DNA of 64,000 nucleotides from assembly GCA_020137815.1 (NCBI GenBank), contig CM035357.1:4588001-4652000 (forward strand). Direction: 5' to 3'. Made by a program: the position numbers and the translations under genes. Positions within the stretch are counted from its first letter, which is position 1. Each line of letters opens with the position of its first letter. Under the pieces are notes generated by a model. The model was not told where the DNA came from. It worked only from the letters and a program-made list of their open reading frames with translations, and made no database searches. The DNA is from Hormiphora californensis. Its lineage: Eukaryota > Animalia > Ctenophora. Positions 40,301 to 52,956 of this stretch are shown in pieces.

Positions 40301-43300
40301 GGGGCCTGTAGTAGAGTCGATAACTACATCGACCTCTCCCAATTGTTCCAGTTTTTGTCACATCTGTTTGGAGCCTCGACACGACCTCTAAACAGGTGTT
40401 ACTTTTTCACAAACTTTTTTCATCTTGGTGTAATCAGCAGTTGAAATGTTGTTAATCATAACAAAAACCTAACTATTTTTTTTCAACTTGGGGTAAAACC
40501 ATGGGTGTCAAAAGTTAGCTCTAGCTCCCCTGAGTAACCATCCGGAGACTCTAAGAGATATTTCAAGCCGTTCTCCTGTAATCATTAATCCCGGTAGAGC
40601 ACATATTTGAGTATGGACGTACGTGCAATTGCCTACAACCTCGACTTTAATGTATAACGTTAATGTGCGTCTCTCTCTTTTCTCCCCCTTGAGAAAGAGT
40701 TATCTCGCGCGGCGCAACCGCACGTGCGGTTTTTCCAGAGAGAGTGAGAGACATACAATAACATGTAAACAGCCTGCCAGCGCTCACGTACGTCCGCATT
40801 GTATTTTTTTCTCCACCGGGATTAATGATTACGGGAGAACGGCTTGAAATATCTCTTAGAGTCTCCGGATGGTTACTCAGGGGACCTAGAGCTAACTTTT
40901 GACACCCATGGTTTTACCCCAAGTTGAAAAAAAATAGTTCGGTTTTTGTTATGATTAACAACATTTCAACTGTTGATTACATCATGATGAAAACAGTTTG
41001 TGAAAAAGTAATACCTGTTTAGAGGTCGTGTCGAGGCTCCAAACAGATGTAACAAAAACTGGAACAATTGGGAGAGGTCGATGTAGTTATCGACTCTACT
41101 ACTGGCAAGGCCCCCCGACCCGAACATAACCCAATCTCAACCCATCCCCCCTAAAACAACGGGGCCGAGCCGACAGGCCCTCTATAACAGATGCCAAAAA
41201 ACCATAACCATATAAACCATAGATATTTTTAGAGTGAAAGTTTTGAAGCCCCCTGAAGTAGTAGAGAGGTGTTCTATGGCTCGTTGGAAAGGTCTCGAGG
41301 TCCCGCGTGGCATAGGGAGTGTGGCGATGGCCATACCCAAACCTATAAGGGGTAGGACGCGAAAAACAGTCAAAATAAGGGGTATGCTGAACTCGGCAAT
41401 TAGAAGCAGTAGAAAGGTGTTCTAGGGTGCGTTCGAAAGCTCTCGAGGTACTGAAGTAATTGGAATGTAATTGGAAGTAATTACATGTAATTAAAATGTA
41501 ATTACATGTAATTAAAGGGTAATTACATGTAATTAAAAGGTCTAAATGACCCCAAATGACAATTTAGACATATTTTGACATATTTGGAGGCCCTGAGACC
41601 AGCGGGTGGCCAAATTTAATCAGCTGCGTATGGGCTTATATGGCACCTCCTTGACAACCCCCTCTATTTGCACGTGTGGATACTACATACTCATCACGCC
41701 ACGCATTCCTACTTTATGATTGAGACTAGAAAGTTCGTTGAAGTAGAGTACCTGTTGACCTGAATACCCACACTCTCCCTCACCCAGGAGCACCCCTCTC
41801 ACCCGCTGTACCAACCCGCACGTGCAACCTACCATACCCCTCTCAGGGCACCTCCTTGGCAACCCCCCTCTATTTGCACGTGCGGGTACTAAGCTACATC
41901 GCGACGTTCATTTCTACTTCATAATATAGACTAGAAAGCCCGTTGAAGTAGAGCGTCCGTTGACCTGAATCCCGTCACTCTCCCTCACCCAGGAGCACCC
42001 CTCTCACCCGCTGCACCAACCCGCACGGTCAGCTTTCAATCACCCACTATGTAGGGGCTATATGGCACCTCCTTGACAACCCCCTCTATTTGCACGTGTG
42101 GATACTACATCATACTCACGACGTTCATTTCTACTTTAGAAAGCCCGTTGAAGTAGAGCACCCGTTGACCCGAATCCCCACACTTTCCCTTACCCAGGAG
42201 CACCGCTCTAACCCGCTGCACCAACCCGCACGTGCAGCCTTTAATCACCAATGTGGATACTACATCATACTCACGACGTTCATTTCATTAAGGATATTAT
42301 ATCATGTTGCTTAATAATATCCCGGGCCGGTAATTGCTGTACAGCCGGTCTCTAGATTTTAGAAGTGAAACGAAAAAGTTGGTGATTTTCACTCAACGTC
42401 AAAATCTGAGTTTTTTCTCAAATTTCGTCACCCATTTGATGGACAACACACGCTAACCTGTGACCACTCTGGTGCCTACCACCGTCAACCGTGCCGCAGT
42501 TGAACTGACAGAGATAATTGTCAGTGGTCACACTAGGTAGCGTGTGTTGTCCATCAAATGTTAAGTTCCCGGAAGATCTTCCAAATGTTTGAATTACTTC
42601 ATGGACAAAATTACACGAAGAATAATCTGAAGGGAAGGATTATGGGGGAAGTCACCGGCTAGTGCACGAGATTAAACTGCATGAAGAAAGTAAATGATGC
42701 ACTTTTAATACCTATATTTTTTGGGATTCCAATTATAGCATGCTTGTTACGATGGTGTGTTCAAAATAAATAAACAAAATTTGGGTTTTGGAGTACAGGA
42801 ATATGAGTAGGGGGAGCTCCGGAGCTGTAATAAAATCTTTTTTTTCTTAAAAGGTTATTTTTCCCTGACCGGGAGAGGCATAATCGCGGGCAAGAGAGGG
42901 TATAAATCGGAACGCTTGATATGTCATTTCCCCAGTCGATATAGATACCATGTCTTTTTGCCCCTTATTGATTAGCTCCAATAATTGCTTTCTGGGAAAG
43001 TGTTTTGTATCGCTTATTTTGATTGGTCGCTGTTTGTAGCTGCTTTATCGCGGGAGGTCTCCTCCATGCATGCAGCCAATCAACTCTTGCCATATAATAA
43101 CCTGTCGGAACGCTTGATATTAATAACTAATATTAAAATCATTTGCTCGTGTCATTTCCCCAGTCGATAACATGTCTTTTTGCCCCTTATTGATTAGCTC
43201 CAATAATTGCTTTCAGGCCAGGGAAAGTGTTTTGTATCGCTTATTTTTATTGGTCGTCGGTCGTAGCAGCTTTATCGCGGGAGGTCTCCTACAGCCAATC

Positions 43301-46300
43301 AACTCTTGCCATATAATAACCTATCGGAACGCTTGATTTATGCATATTAAATTCGTTTACTTAGACCTGCAATTGTGAATATTTAGGACAGGAAACTTTT
43401 TTTAGAAAAACACCTTCTAACGTTTGAGAGGGTATAAATCGGAACGCTTGTTCTGCATATTAAAATTATTTTGCTTTTTCTGGTCGTACATAGCTGCTTT
43501 AGCGCGGGAGGTATCCTCTATCGGAATGCTTGATTTATGCATATTAAATTCATTGATTACTCAAACTAATTGCGAATATTTAGGACATTTAGGACATTAG
43601 GACCCCTGCTCTTTGATGACCGCTGATTGCTTTTGATATTGGAGCCCAGATCGATCGTTACAGATAGTGCAATATCAACTTTAAGACAGAAACTCTAATC
43701 AAGTTGTATCAAATCGTATATTTTATTAAAATATACGATTTGATAGAATCAATGATACGACTTGATTAGAGTTTTTGTCTTGCCACCACGCCTAGTATTT
43801 TAAGTTTTACTAAAAGCCCGTTGAAGTAGAGCACCCGTTGACTCGAATACCCACACTCCTCCTCACCCAGGAGCACCCCTCTCACCCGCTGCACCAACCC
43901 GCACGTGCTGCCTTCAATCACCCGCTGCGTTATAGAGGCTATGGCACCTCCTTGACAACCCCCTCTCAGTTTGCACGTGTGGATAGGTCATCACGACGTT
44001 CATTGCTACTTTATAATATAGACTAGAAAGCCCGTTGAAGTAGAGCACCCGTTGACTCGAATCCCCACACTCTCCCTCACCCAGGAGCACCCCTCTCACC
44101 CGCTGCATGCCAACCCACACGCGGTGCACCCTCTCAGGGCACCTCCTTGGCAACCCCCCTCTACTTGCACGTGTGGATAGGTCATACTCCTCTTCATCGC
44201 GACTTGCAATCTGCATTTAAATGCATTTCTACTTTATAATTAAGGATAACTAGTAAGCCCGCTCGCCCTACGGGCGAATGTCGGGGATGGTCATACAGTA
44301 AACTTAGCAAATAGTGTAGTATCATTTGAAATTTTTTAAATCAGTAAATTAACCAAAGAGATTCTTTCGACAGAAAAACCACGGGTCCTCTTTTGCCAAG
44401 TCCTGAAGTATTTTATGAAGGAGCACATTTGCAAAATACTTTCACGTATGACTGTCATTTCTTATTATAGTCAAATTTTTTATTTAAGCGACAGGCCGCC
44501 GCGCACTCAATTGGTTAATTGGTCATATCTCCGGTTCCTGATAAGATAAAGACTTGATCCTGGTTGCGTTGGAAAGATAAAAATTGTATCTTTCTAATGG
44601 CACCAAGAAATAGTCGCTAGCTTATCAGGAACCGGAAATCGATTTCAAGCGCTGCATTTTGATGCGCGGCGGCCTGTCGCTTAAATAAAAAATTGGACTT
44701 TAGTGCCATTGATACTTTGTTATTACGTGTATTGACAACGTTTTTTGAATAATAATCACCTCTTGTCACCAAAGTAATATATATCATTCGGGGCCTGGCA
44801 AGGCCCCCCGACCCGAACATAACCCAATCTCAACCCATCCCCCCTAAAACAACGGGGCCGAGCCGACAGGCCCTCTATAACAGATGCCAAAAAACCATAA
44901 CCATAACCATAGATATTTTTAGAGTGAAAGTTTTGAAGCCCCCTGAAGTAGTAGAGAGGTGTTCTATGGCTCGTTGGAAAGGTCTCGAGGTCCCGCGTGG
45001 CATAGGGAGTGTGGCGATGGCCATACCCAAACCTATTATTATATAACGGGTAGGACGCGAAAAACAGTCAAAATAAGGGGTATGCTGAACTCGGCAATTA
45101 GAAGCAGTAGAAAGGTGTTCTAGGGTGCGTTCGAAAGCTCTCGAGGTACTGAAGTAATTGGAATGTAATTGGAAGTAATTAAAATGTAATTACATGTAAT
45201 TAAAGGGTAATTACATGTAATTAAAAGGTCTAAATGACCCCAAATGACAATTTAGACATATTTTGACATATTTGGAGGCCCTGAGACCAGCGGGTGGCCA
45301 AATTTAATCAGCTGCGTATGGGCTTATATGGCACCTCCTTGACAACCCCCTCTATTTGCACGTGTGGATACTACATACTCATCACGCCACGCATTCCTAC
45401 TTTATGATTGAGACTAGAAAGTTCGTTGAAGTAGAGTACCTGTTGACCTGAATACCCACACTCTCCCTCACCCAGGAGCACCCCTCTCACCCGCTGTACC
45501 AACCCGCACGTGCAACCTACCATACCCCTCTCAGGGCACCTCCTTGGCAACCCCCCTCTATTTGCACGTGCGGGTACTAAGCTACATCGCGACGTTCATT
45601 TCTACTTCATAATATAGACTAGAAAGCCCGTTGAAGTAGAGCGTCCGTTGACCTTTTACCGATCCCCGTCACTCTCCCTCACCCAGGAGCACCCCTCTCA
45701 CCCGCTGCACCAACCCGCACGGTCAGCTTTCAATCACCCACTATGTAGGGGCTATATGGCACCTCCTTGACAACCCCCTCTATTTGCACGTGTGGATACT
45801 ACATCATACTCACGACGTTCATTTCTACTTTAGAAAGCCCGTTGAAGTAGAGCACCCGTTGACCCGAATCCCCACACTTTCCCTTACCCAGGAGCACCGC
45901 TCTAACCCGCTGCACCAACCCGCACGTGCAGCCTTTAATCACCAATGTGGATACTACATCATACTCACGACGATGATGCACTTTTAATACCTATATTTTT
46001 TGGGATTCCAATTATAGCATGCTTGTTACGATGGTGTGTTCAAAATAAATAAACAAAATTTGGGTTTTGGAGTACAGGAATATGAGTAGGGGGAGCTGTA
46101 ATAAAATCTTTTTTTCTTAAAAGGTTATTTTTCCCTGACCGGGAGAGGCATAATCGCGGGCAAGAGAGGGTATAAATCGGAACGCTTGATATGTCATTTC
46201 CCCAGTCGATATAGATACCATGTCTTTTTGCCCTTTATTGATTAGCTCCAATATTTCTTTCTGGGAAGTGTTTTGTATCGCTTATTTTGATTGGTCGCTG

Positions 46301-49300
46301 TTTGTAGCTGCTTTATCGCGGGAGGTCTCCTCCATGCATGCAGCCAATCAACTCTTGCCATATAATAACCTGTCGGAAACGCTTGATATTAATAACTAAT
46401 ATTAATCATTTGCTTGTGTCATTTCCCCAGTCGATAACATGTCTTTTTGCCCCTTATTGATTAGCTCCAATAATTGCTTTCTGGGAAAGTGTTTTGTATC
46501 GCTTATTTTTATTGGTCGCTGTTTGTAGCTGCTTTATCGCGGGAGGTCTCCTCCATGCATGCAGCCAATCAACTCTTGCCATATAATAACCTATCGGAAC
46601 GCTTGATTTATGCATATTAAATTCGTTTACTTAGACCTGCAATTGTGAATATTTAGGACAAGAAACTTTTTCTTCTAACGTTTGAGAGGGTATAAATCGG
46701 AACGCTTGTTCTGCATATTAAAATTATTTTGCTTTTTCTGGTCGTACATAGCTGCTTTAGCGTGGGAGGTATCCTCTATCGGAATGCTTGATTTATGCAT
46801 ATTAAATTCATGATTACTCAAACTAATTGCGAATATTTAGGACATTTAGGACATTAGGACCCCTGCTCTTTGACCGCTGATTGCTTTTGATATTGGAGCC
46901 CAGATCGATCGTTACAGATAGTGCAATATCAACTTTAAGACAGAAACTCTAATCAAGTTGTATCAAATCGATATTTTATTAAAATATACGATTTGATAGA
47001 ATCAATGATACGACTTGATTAGAGTTTTTGTCTTGCCACCACGCCTAGTATTTTAAGTTTTACTAAAAGCCCGTTGAAGTAGAGCACCCGTTGACTCGAA
47101 TACCCACACTCCTCCTCACCCAGAGCACCCCTCTCACCCGCTGCACCAACCCGCACGTGCTGCCTTCAATCACCCGCTGCGTTATAGAGGCTTGGCACCT
47201 CCTTGACAACCCCCCTCTCAGTTTGCACGTGTGGATAGGTCATCACGACGTTCATTGCTACTTTATAAATAGACTAGAAAGCCCGTTGAAGTAGAGCACC
47301 CGTTGACTCGAATCCCACACTCTCCCTCACCCAGGAGCACCCCTCTCACCCGCTGCATGCCAACCCACACGCGTGCACCCTCTCAGGGCACCTCCTTGGC
47401 AACCCCCCTCTACTTGCACGTGTGGATAGGTTACTCCTCTTCATCGCGACTTGCAATCTGCATTTAAATGCATTTCTACTTTATAATTAAGGATAACTAG
47501 TAAGCCCGCTCGCCCTACGGGCGAATGCGGGATGGTCATACAGTAAACTTAGCAAATAGTGTAGTATCATTTGAAATTTTTTAAATCAGTAAATTAACCA
47601 AAGAGATTCTTTCGACAGAAAAACCACGGGTCCTCTTTTGCCAAGTCCTGAAGTATTTTATGAAGGAGCACATTTGCAAAATACTTTCACGTATGACTGT
47701 CATTTCTTATTATAGTCAAATTTTTTTATTTAAGCGACAGGCCGCCGCGCACTCAATGGTTAATTGGTCATATCTCCGGTTCCTGATAAGATAAAGACTT
47801 GATCCTGGTTGCGTTGAAAAGATAAATTGTATCTTTCTAATGGCACCAAGAAATAGTCGCTAGCTTATCAGGAACCGGAAATCGATTTCAAGCGCTGCAT
47901 TTTGATGCGCGGCGGCCTGTCGCTTAAATAAAAAATTGGACTTTAGTGCCATTGATACTTTGTTATTACGTGTATTGACAACGTTTTTTGAATAATAATC
48001 ACCTCTTGTAGGGTTCTATCACGTAGTCTATAGGGGTCAGCGCCAGTTTGCGACATATGGCTCCTCCAAACTCGCTGGCGATTGTGTTGAAGTTGAGTAG
48101 TCATGTTCACGAAACGTGGTGAACAGATCAAATCGAGCAAACGATCAATCACACAACCGGCAGAGAGATGAATCAAGGATGCACGTGCAGTTTAAGGCTC
48201 AAGCTGGCAGGTTGCCAGGGTCCCTCTAGGGACAACACTTGCAAAAGGCCATTTCCAGGAATTTCCAGGAAATAGGAACACTATTTGCCATATTTGGTAA
48301 AAAAACCATCACCCATCATTTCCCTATTTGCTTTAATAATAGTATGATTGTCATAAATTTCTATAATCGACTGTGAATTCCAATTGAACTTTTTTCATAA
48401 TAGGCTCACCAAGCAACGATCTGGATTATGAATTGGAGCAGCGAAACGTTCAGTTCCCACGTCATTCTACTTGATCCTAGTTACCGGCCCTCCCGCCTAG
48501 CTGACTTCTTTATAGCTTCCATCTTGGCACTTTGCCTAATTGTAGGAGTCACGGGCAACATCCTCGCCCTAAAATACTTTGTCAAGTGTGAGAGGAAGAA
48601 ACTAGCGGGTCGACTCTACATTGCCATTAGCTTCACTGATATCTGCACCTGTGTGGCCCACACCCCCGTCATGCTGTCCCTGATGCGATACCGTCGCCCA
48701 GTGCTCTTCAACAACGTCGTATTCACTGTATTCTGGACGATCCTATTTGAGCACCTCCAAAACACCTCAATATTCCTGGTGATGATGATGAGCGTCACCC
48801 GAGTACTGAACATCAGGGTTCCCTTCTATACCATCAACAACAATCACCTCGTTGCTGCCTTCTGTATCTACTCCGTTGCCATGGCTGCTGAGACTCTGAT
48901 ACGACACCAGTTTGGGGTGTACTACCTGTACATAATGGACATTGCGTACAGTGTGAAGGGTAGTGATAACCCAACATGGTCGTTCTACTCGAACATCTCC
49001 AACCTCACTCTAATCGGCCTTCCCTCTATCATCATATTCGTCAGTTTCATACTCTCGGCTGTGAAACTGTACAGACAACAGGTACCCCCATCCAAGAGAC
49101 TTGCCCACAAAGCCTCTACTACCATCGCAATCTTCACCGCCATCTTCCTCTTCTGTAACATCCCCTTCTTTGGGAACACTGTGGCATTTGTACTCAGTAA
49201 GTTCGTCTACCAGTCCTTCCCGGGTCCCTTCTTCTCATCACCCCTCATGTATTCCTACAGCTGGGTGGTTAGCAAGGTTCTATTTGTGGTGATTAACGCC

Positions 49301-52300
49301 ACGTGTAATCCCATCGTTTACTTTACCCGGATGTCAGGGTTCGCAATATGGACTAGGTCGGAGAACACCCCCAGTGGTGGTCAGGATCATGGCATGTCGC
49401 TGCCCAACATGAGAGGTGTTGCCAGGACGACAACAAACAGGGCCCACGTAGCTAGTGAGTCGCATGCAGGAGATGAAGTTGAGCTGTGTAGCAGTTGAGA
49501 GGTAGAAAGAGGAAGACAATAAGAGATACTGGGTTGCTCAGACTCTTTTTTTGTGGAAGATCTGCCACTTCCAGCTCTGCCCCTCAAGGTTGGCACAGCT
49601 GTAGTGGAAGAGCTTACTAATTGTGTGTGTGTACGGGGGGGGGGGGGGGGGATCAACACTTAACTGCATGACACTCATGCCGATAACTGCCAAATTTTCA
49701 AAAAATTTTTGACCACCCCCACCCCCCACATATTTTGCACTTAAGTCCCGATTTAACTGCCGCCACATCTGAAAATGTAGACCCAGCCCCCAAATCTAGC
49801 TAAAAGGGAGCTAAAAATAGCACGAAAGACACGGAGAGACTTATATATTGTGTCTAAAATCAACTGCCATCAACTAAGAACAACACAGACCAGTTTAGGT
49901 AACGGATCCGAATTCCGAATTGGTTAGTATGAGACACTTAGAGTGGCATGTGTAAAAAATGTTCGCCACACACATGTGATAGGTGCACAAAAAATAACGA
50001 GCGCGCGAAAAAGGGGGTTGAAAACTTCAAAAAATCGGCCATTAAGAGCAGTTATTTAAATTTTCACCATATACTGGCACTCATGCCAGTTAGGGTGGGT
50101 GGGTGTACGAGGGGTCTGGCAGTTAAGTTTTACACTTAACTGCCTAAAAATAGGGGGTCTAGGGGTGTTTACAAGGTGGCCCATAAATTATGATAGCGGG
50201 GAACGAGCTGTACCTCCGAAACGGTGATAGTTGTGTAAAAACAAACTACGGGAACAGCTGGAACAATCCTGGACGGCTTTTTGCAAATTATGAAATTTTA
50301 TTCAAAAGTTCATTTTTCATTCATGAACTTTCTTTCACGTTCATTAATGAACTAAGGGCTCTAATTTACCGAGAGTGAGGCATTTTGTTTGGGTTGAATT
50401 TATCTTTCCAATGAGCACCATAAAAATTAAATTGAAGCACCATGTCACATGGCAGTTGAGAAAATGCACATGCATGATTTTGGCTCTTCCTGCGACTTTC
50501 GAGCGGCTGTATCACGGCTACCTTTTGTTCAATCTTTTTGAAACTTTCGGTGAACATCGGATAACCAAAGATCTTTCATCACAAGAAAAATCAAGGTCAA
50601 AACTCAAAGTTCATTTTTCAATTTTGGTAGTTCATTCCACTCATTCAGGAACCAACATCCCCAAAGTGATCAAAAGTGTTGGGTTTTGTTTGGCCCATGT
50701 CCTGCAATGACAGAGAGGTGTAGTAACGTGTTTCCGAGCTAGTTAGTGAGTACCATGTGATCATGGCGACATCTGACACCTTCGTTGAGAAATAATTAAG
50801 AAATTTTCTCAAATTCAAGCATGTGATTCGGGTTTTCTGTGATTGGTATCGTGCAGCAATCTTGAGAGATCTCATAGCACCTCAAAAATGATGATTAGTT
50901 CAATGAATCGAGTTTATTTATGATAGAAAAGATTTAAACAGACGTCAAAATGAACTAAACGATAATTTAAGACAAAAAATAAACTCGATTCATTGAACTA
51001 ATCATCATTTTTGAGGTGCTATGAGATCTCTCAAGATTGCTGCACGATACCAATCACAGAAAACCCGAATCACATGCTTGAATTTGAGAAAATTTCTTAA
51101 TTATTTCTCAACGAAGGTGTCAGATGTCGCCATGATCACATGGTACCCACTAACTAGCTCGGAAACACGTTACTACACCTCTCTGTCATTGCAGGACATG
51201 GGCCAAACAAAACCCAACACTTTTCATCACTTTGGGGATGTTGGTTCCTGAATGAGTGGAATGAACTACCAAAAATTGAAAATGAACTTGAGTTTTGACC
51301 TTGATTTTTCTTGTGATGAAAGACTTTGGTTATCCGATGTTCACCGAAAGTTTCAAAAAGATTGAACAAAAGGTAGCCGTGATACAGCCGCTCGAAAGTC
51401 GCAGGAAGATCCAAAATCATGCATGTGCATTTTCTCAACTGCCATGTGACATGGTGCTTCAATTTAATTTTTATGGTGCTCATTGGAAAGATAAATTCAA
51501 CCCAAACAAATGCCTCACTCTCGGTAAATTAAGAGCCCTTAGTTCATTAATGAACGTGAAGAAAGTTCAGGAATGAAAATGAACTTTGAATAAAAATTTC
51601 ATAATTTGCAAAAAGCCGTCCAGGAATTGTTCCAGCATGTTCCCGTAATTTGTTTTTACACAAATATCACCGTTTCGGAGGTACAGCTCGTCCCCCGCTA
51701 TCATAATTTATGGGCCACCTTGTAAACACCCCTAGACCCCCTATTTTTAGGCAGTTAAGTGTAAAACTTAACTGCCAGACCCCTCGTACACCCACCCACC
51801 CTAACTGGCATGAGTGTCATGCAGTTAAGCGTTGATCCCCCGGTGTGTATGCGTGTGTCGCTGATTTGCTTTTCCTGTCAAAAACATGTCTCCTTATTCG
51901 GGGCCTGGCAAGGCCCCCCGACCCGAACATAACCCAATCTCAACCCATCCCCCCTAAAACAACGGGGCCGAGCCGACAGGCCCTCTATAACAGATGCCAA
52001 AAACCATAACCATAACCATTCGGGGCCTGGCAAGGCCCCCCGACCCGAATATAACCCAAACTCAACCCATCCCCCCTAAAACATCCCCCCTAAAACTAAA
52101 ACAACGGGGCCGAGCCGACAGGCCCTTAATACCAGATGAAAAAAAACCATAAACCATAAACCATAACCATAACCATAACCATAGATATGGCTCGTTGGAA
52201 AGGTCTCGAGGTCCCGCATGGTATAGGGGGTGTGGCGATGGCCATACCCAAACCTATAAGGGGTAGGACGCGAAAAACAGTCAAAATAAGGGGTATACAG

Positions 52301-52723
52301 AACTCGGCCAATTAGAAGGAGTATAAAGGTGTCTAGGTGCGTTCGAAAGCTCTCGATGTCCTAAAGTAATTGGAATGTAATTGGAAGTAATTAAATGTAA
52401 TTAAAATGTAATTACATGTAATTAAAGGGTAATTACATGTAATTAAAAGGTCTAAATGACCCAAAGAATGATAATTTAAACATATTTTGACATATTTGGA
52501 GGCTCTGAGACCAGCGGGTGGCCAAATTTAATCCGGTTTCGGGTCGGCTGACGTAAAAACTCTGCGTTTTGGTCGAGATAATGTATATACGAATCACATT
52601 GTGAGACTGACCTGGTATGAGTGTCACGGTAGTTTTCCCTCCGTACTTTGTTCTTGGTACAGCGGAGGTGCTTACAGCAGCACGTCCAATGGAAACTGCG
52701 GGTCTGGAGATGCTCCTCAACAT
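37325..52723 (-). CDS. IDH3G: NAD-dependent isocitrate dehydrogenase regulatory subunit (gamma/beta type) with a 12.6-kb first intron
   Basis: Transit-like [27 protein letters not shown]|[78 protein letters not shown]. Gamma versus beta assignment is not certain. Confidence 0.85.
40309..41101. mobile_element. Foldback element with TAG termini and 3-bp TSD (Academ-like, non-autonomous)
   Basis: CTG|TAGTAGAGTCGATAAC..GTTATCGACTCTACTA|CTG with ~290-bp arms. The empty site CGGGGCCTGGCAAGG is visible at ~44790 and ~51900. Confidence 0.8.
44250..44470 (-). mobile_element. Mini non-autonomous Helitron-like element (second copy 47497-47715)
   Basis: The minus strand ends GCCCG-TAGGGCGAG-CGGGC hairpin + TTACTAG|T and begins CTATAATAAG. 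Hairpin plus CTAG is the Helitron 3' hallmark. Confidence 0.6.
44469..44700. mobile_element. ~230-bp MITE (second copy ~47714-47942)
   Basis: TIR AATTTTTTATTTAAGCGACAGGCCGCCGCGCA..TGCGCGGCGGCCTGTCGCTTAAATAAAAAATT. Confidence 0.7.
48428..49498 (+). CDS. Intronless rhodopsin-family GPCR nested antisense in IDH3 intron 1
   Basis: 356 aa. TM1 [11 protein letters not shown]2 ISFTDI, TM3 MSVTRVL, TM6 [10 protein letters not shown]7 [10 protein letters not shown]-glycan site NWS. Confidence 0.9.
   Translation: MNWSSETFSSHVILLDPSYRPSRLADFFIASILALCLIVGVTGNILALKYFVKCERKKLAGRLYIAISFTDICTCVAHTPVMLSLMRYRRPVLFNNVVFTVFWTILFEHLQNTSIFLVMMMSVTRVLNIRVPFYTINNNHLVAAFCIYSVAMAAETLIRHQFGVYYLYIMDIAYSVKGSDNPTWSFYSNISNLTLIGLPSIIIFVSFILSAVKLYRQQVPPSKRLAHKASTTIAIFTAIFLFCNIPFFGNTVAFVLSKFVYQSFPGPFFSSPLMYSYSWVVSKVLFVVINATCNPIVYFTRMSGFAIWTRSENTPSGGQDHGMSLPNMRGVARTTTNRAHVASESHAGDEVELCSS
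49634..51842. mobile_element. 2.2-kb foldback element with ~840-bp inner arms
   Basis: Termini CGGGG..GATCAACACTTAACTGCATGACACTCATGCC / GGCATGAGTGTCATGCAGTTAAGCGTTGATCCCCCG, flanked by GTGTGTA on both sides. 50079-50918 is the reverse complement of 50978-51815. Confidence 0.8.
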
Positions 52724-52956
52724 AGTGCTATAATATTATTGATTTAGTTTAGTGAAGTAGAGGCGAAACTTTCAAACACATACTCTCAACACACGGGCTT
52801 CGATTTACCGGGCAATAACCTTTCCCCCGAGCATCCCGGTAAATCGCTGTCCGAGTGTACAATGTTTAAAATAAAAAATCAAACTATATAATATGTTTCA
52901 CATGCATAAATTATAAATGTTTATTGTTTAAAATAAATCAAACTATGAACAAATTG

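Larger units (their letters stand above)
40279..48009. repeat. Tandem duplication of a ~3.2-kb composite repeat unit (copy 1 ~40279-44768, copy 2 ~44769-48009); shorter related copy at ~51896-52582
   Basis: Both copies start CCAAAGTAATATATATCATTCGGGGCCT and end TAATCACCTCTTGT. Copy 1 carries an extra insertion (40309-41101) and ~400 bp (42286-42695) absent from copy 2. The unit contains CCATAA and TAATTACATG microrepeats and ~200-bp satellite-like units. Confidence 0.85.

Noticed and set aside
41640-42285. CRISPR-like repeat-spacer array
   Set aside because: Whole ~200-bp units are homologous with no unique spacers, so this is a satellite-like repeat.
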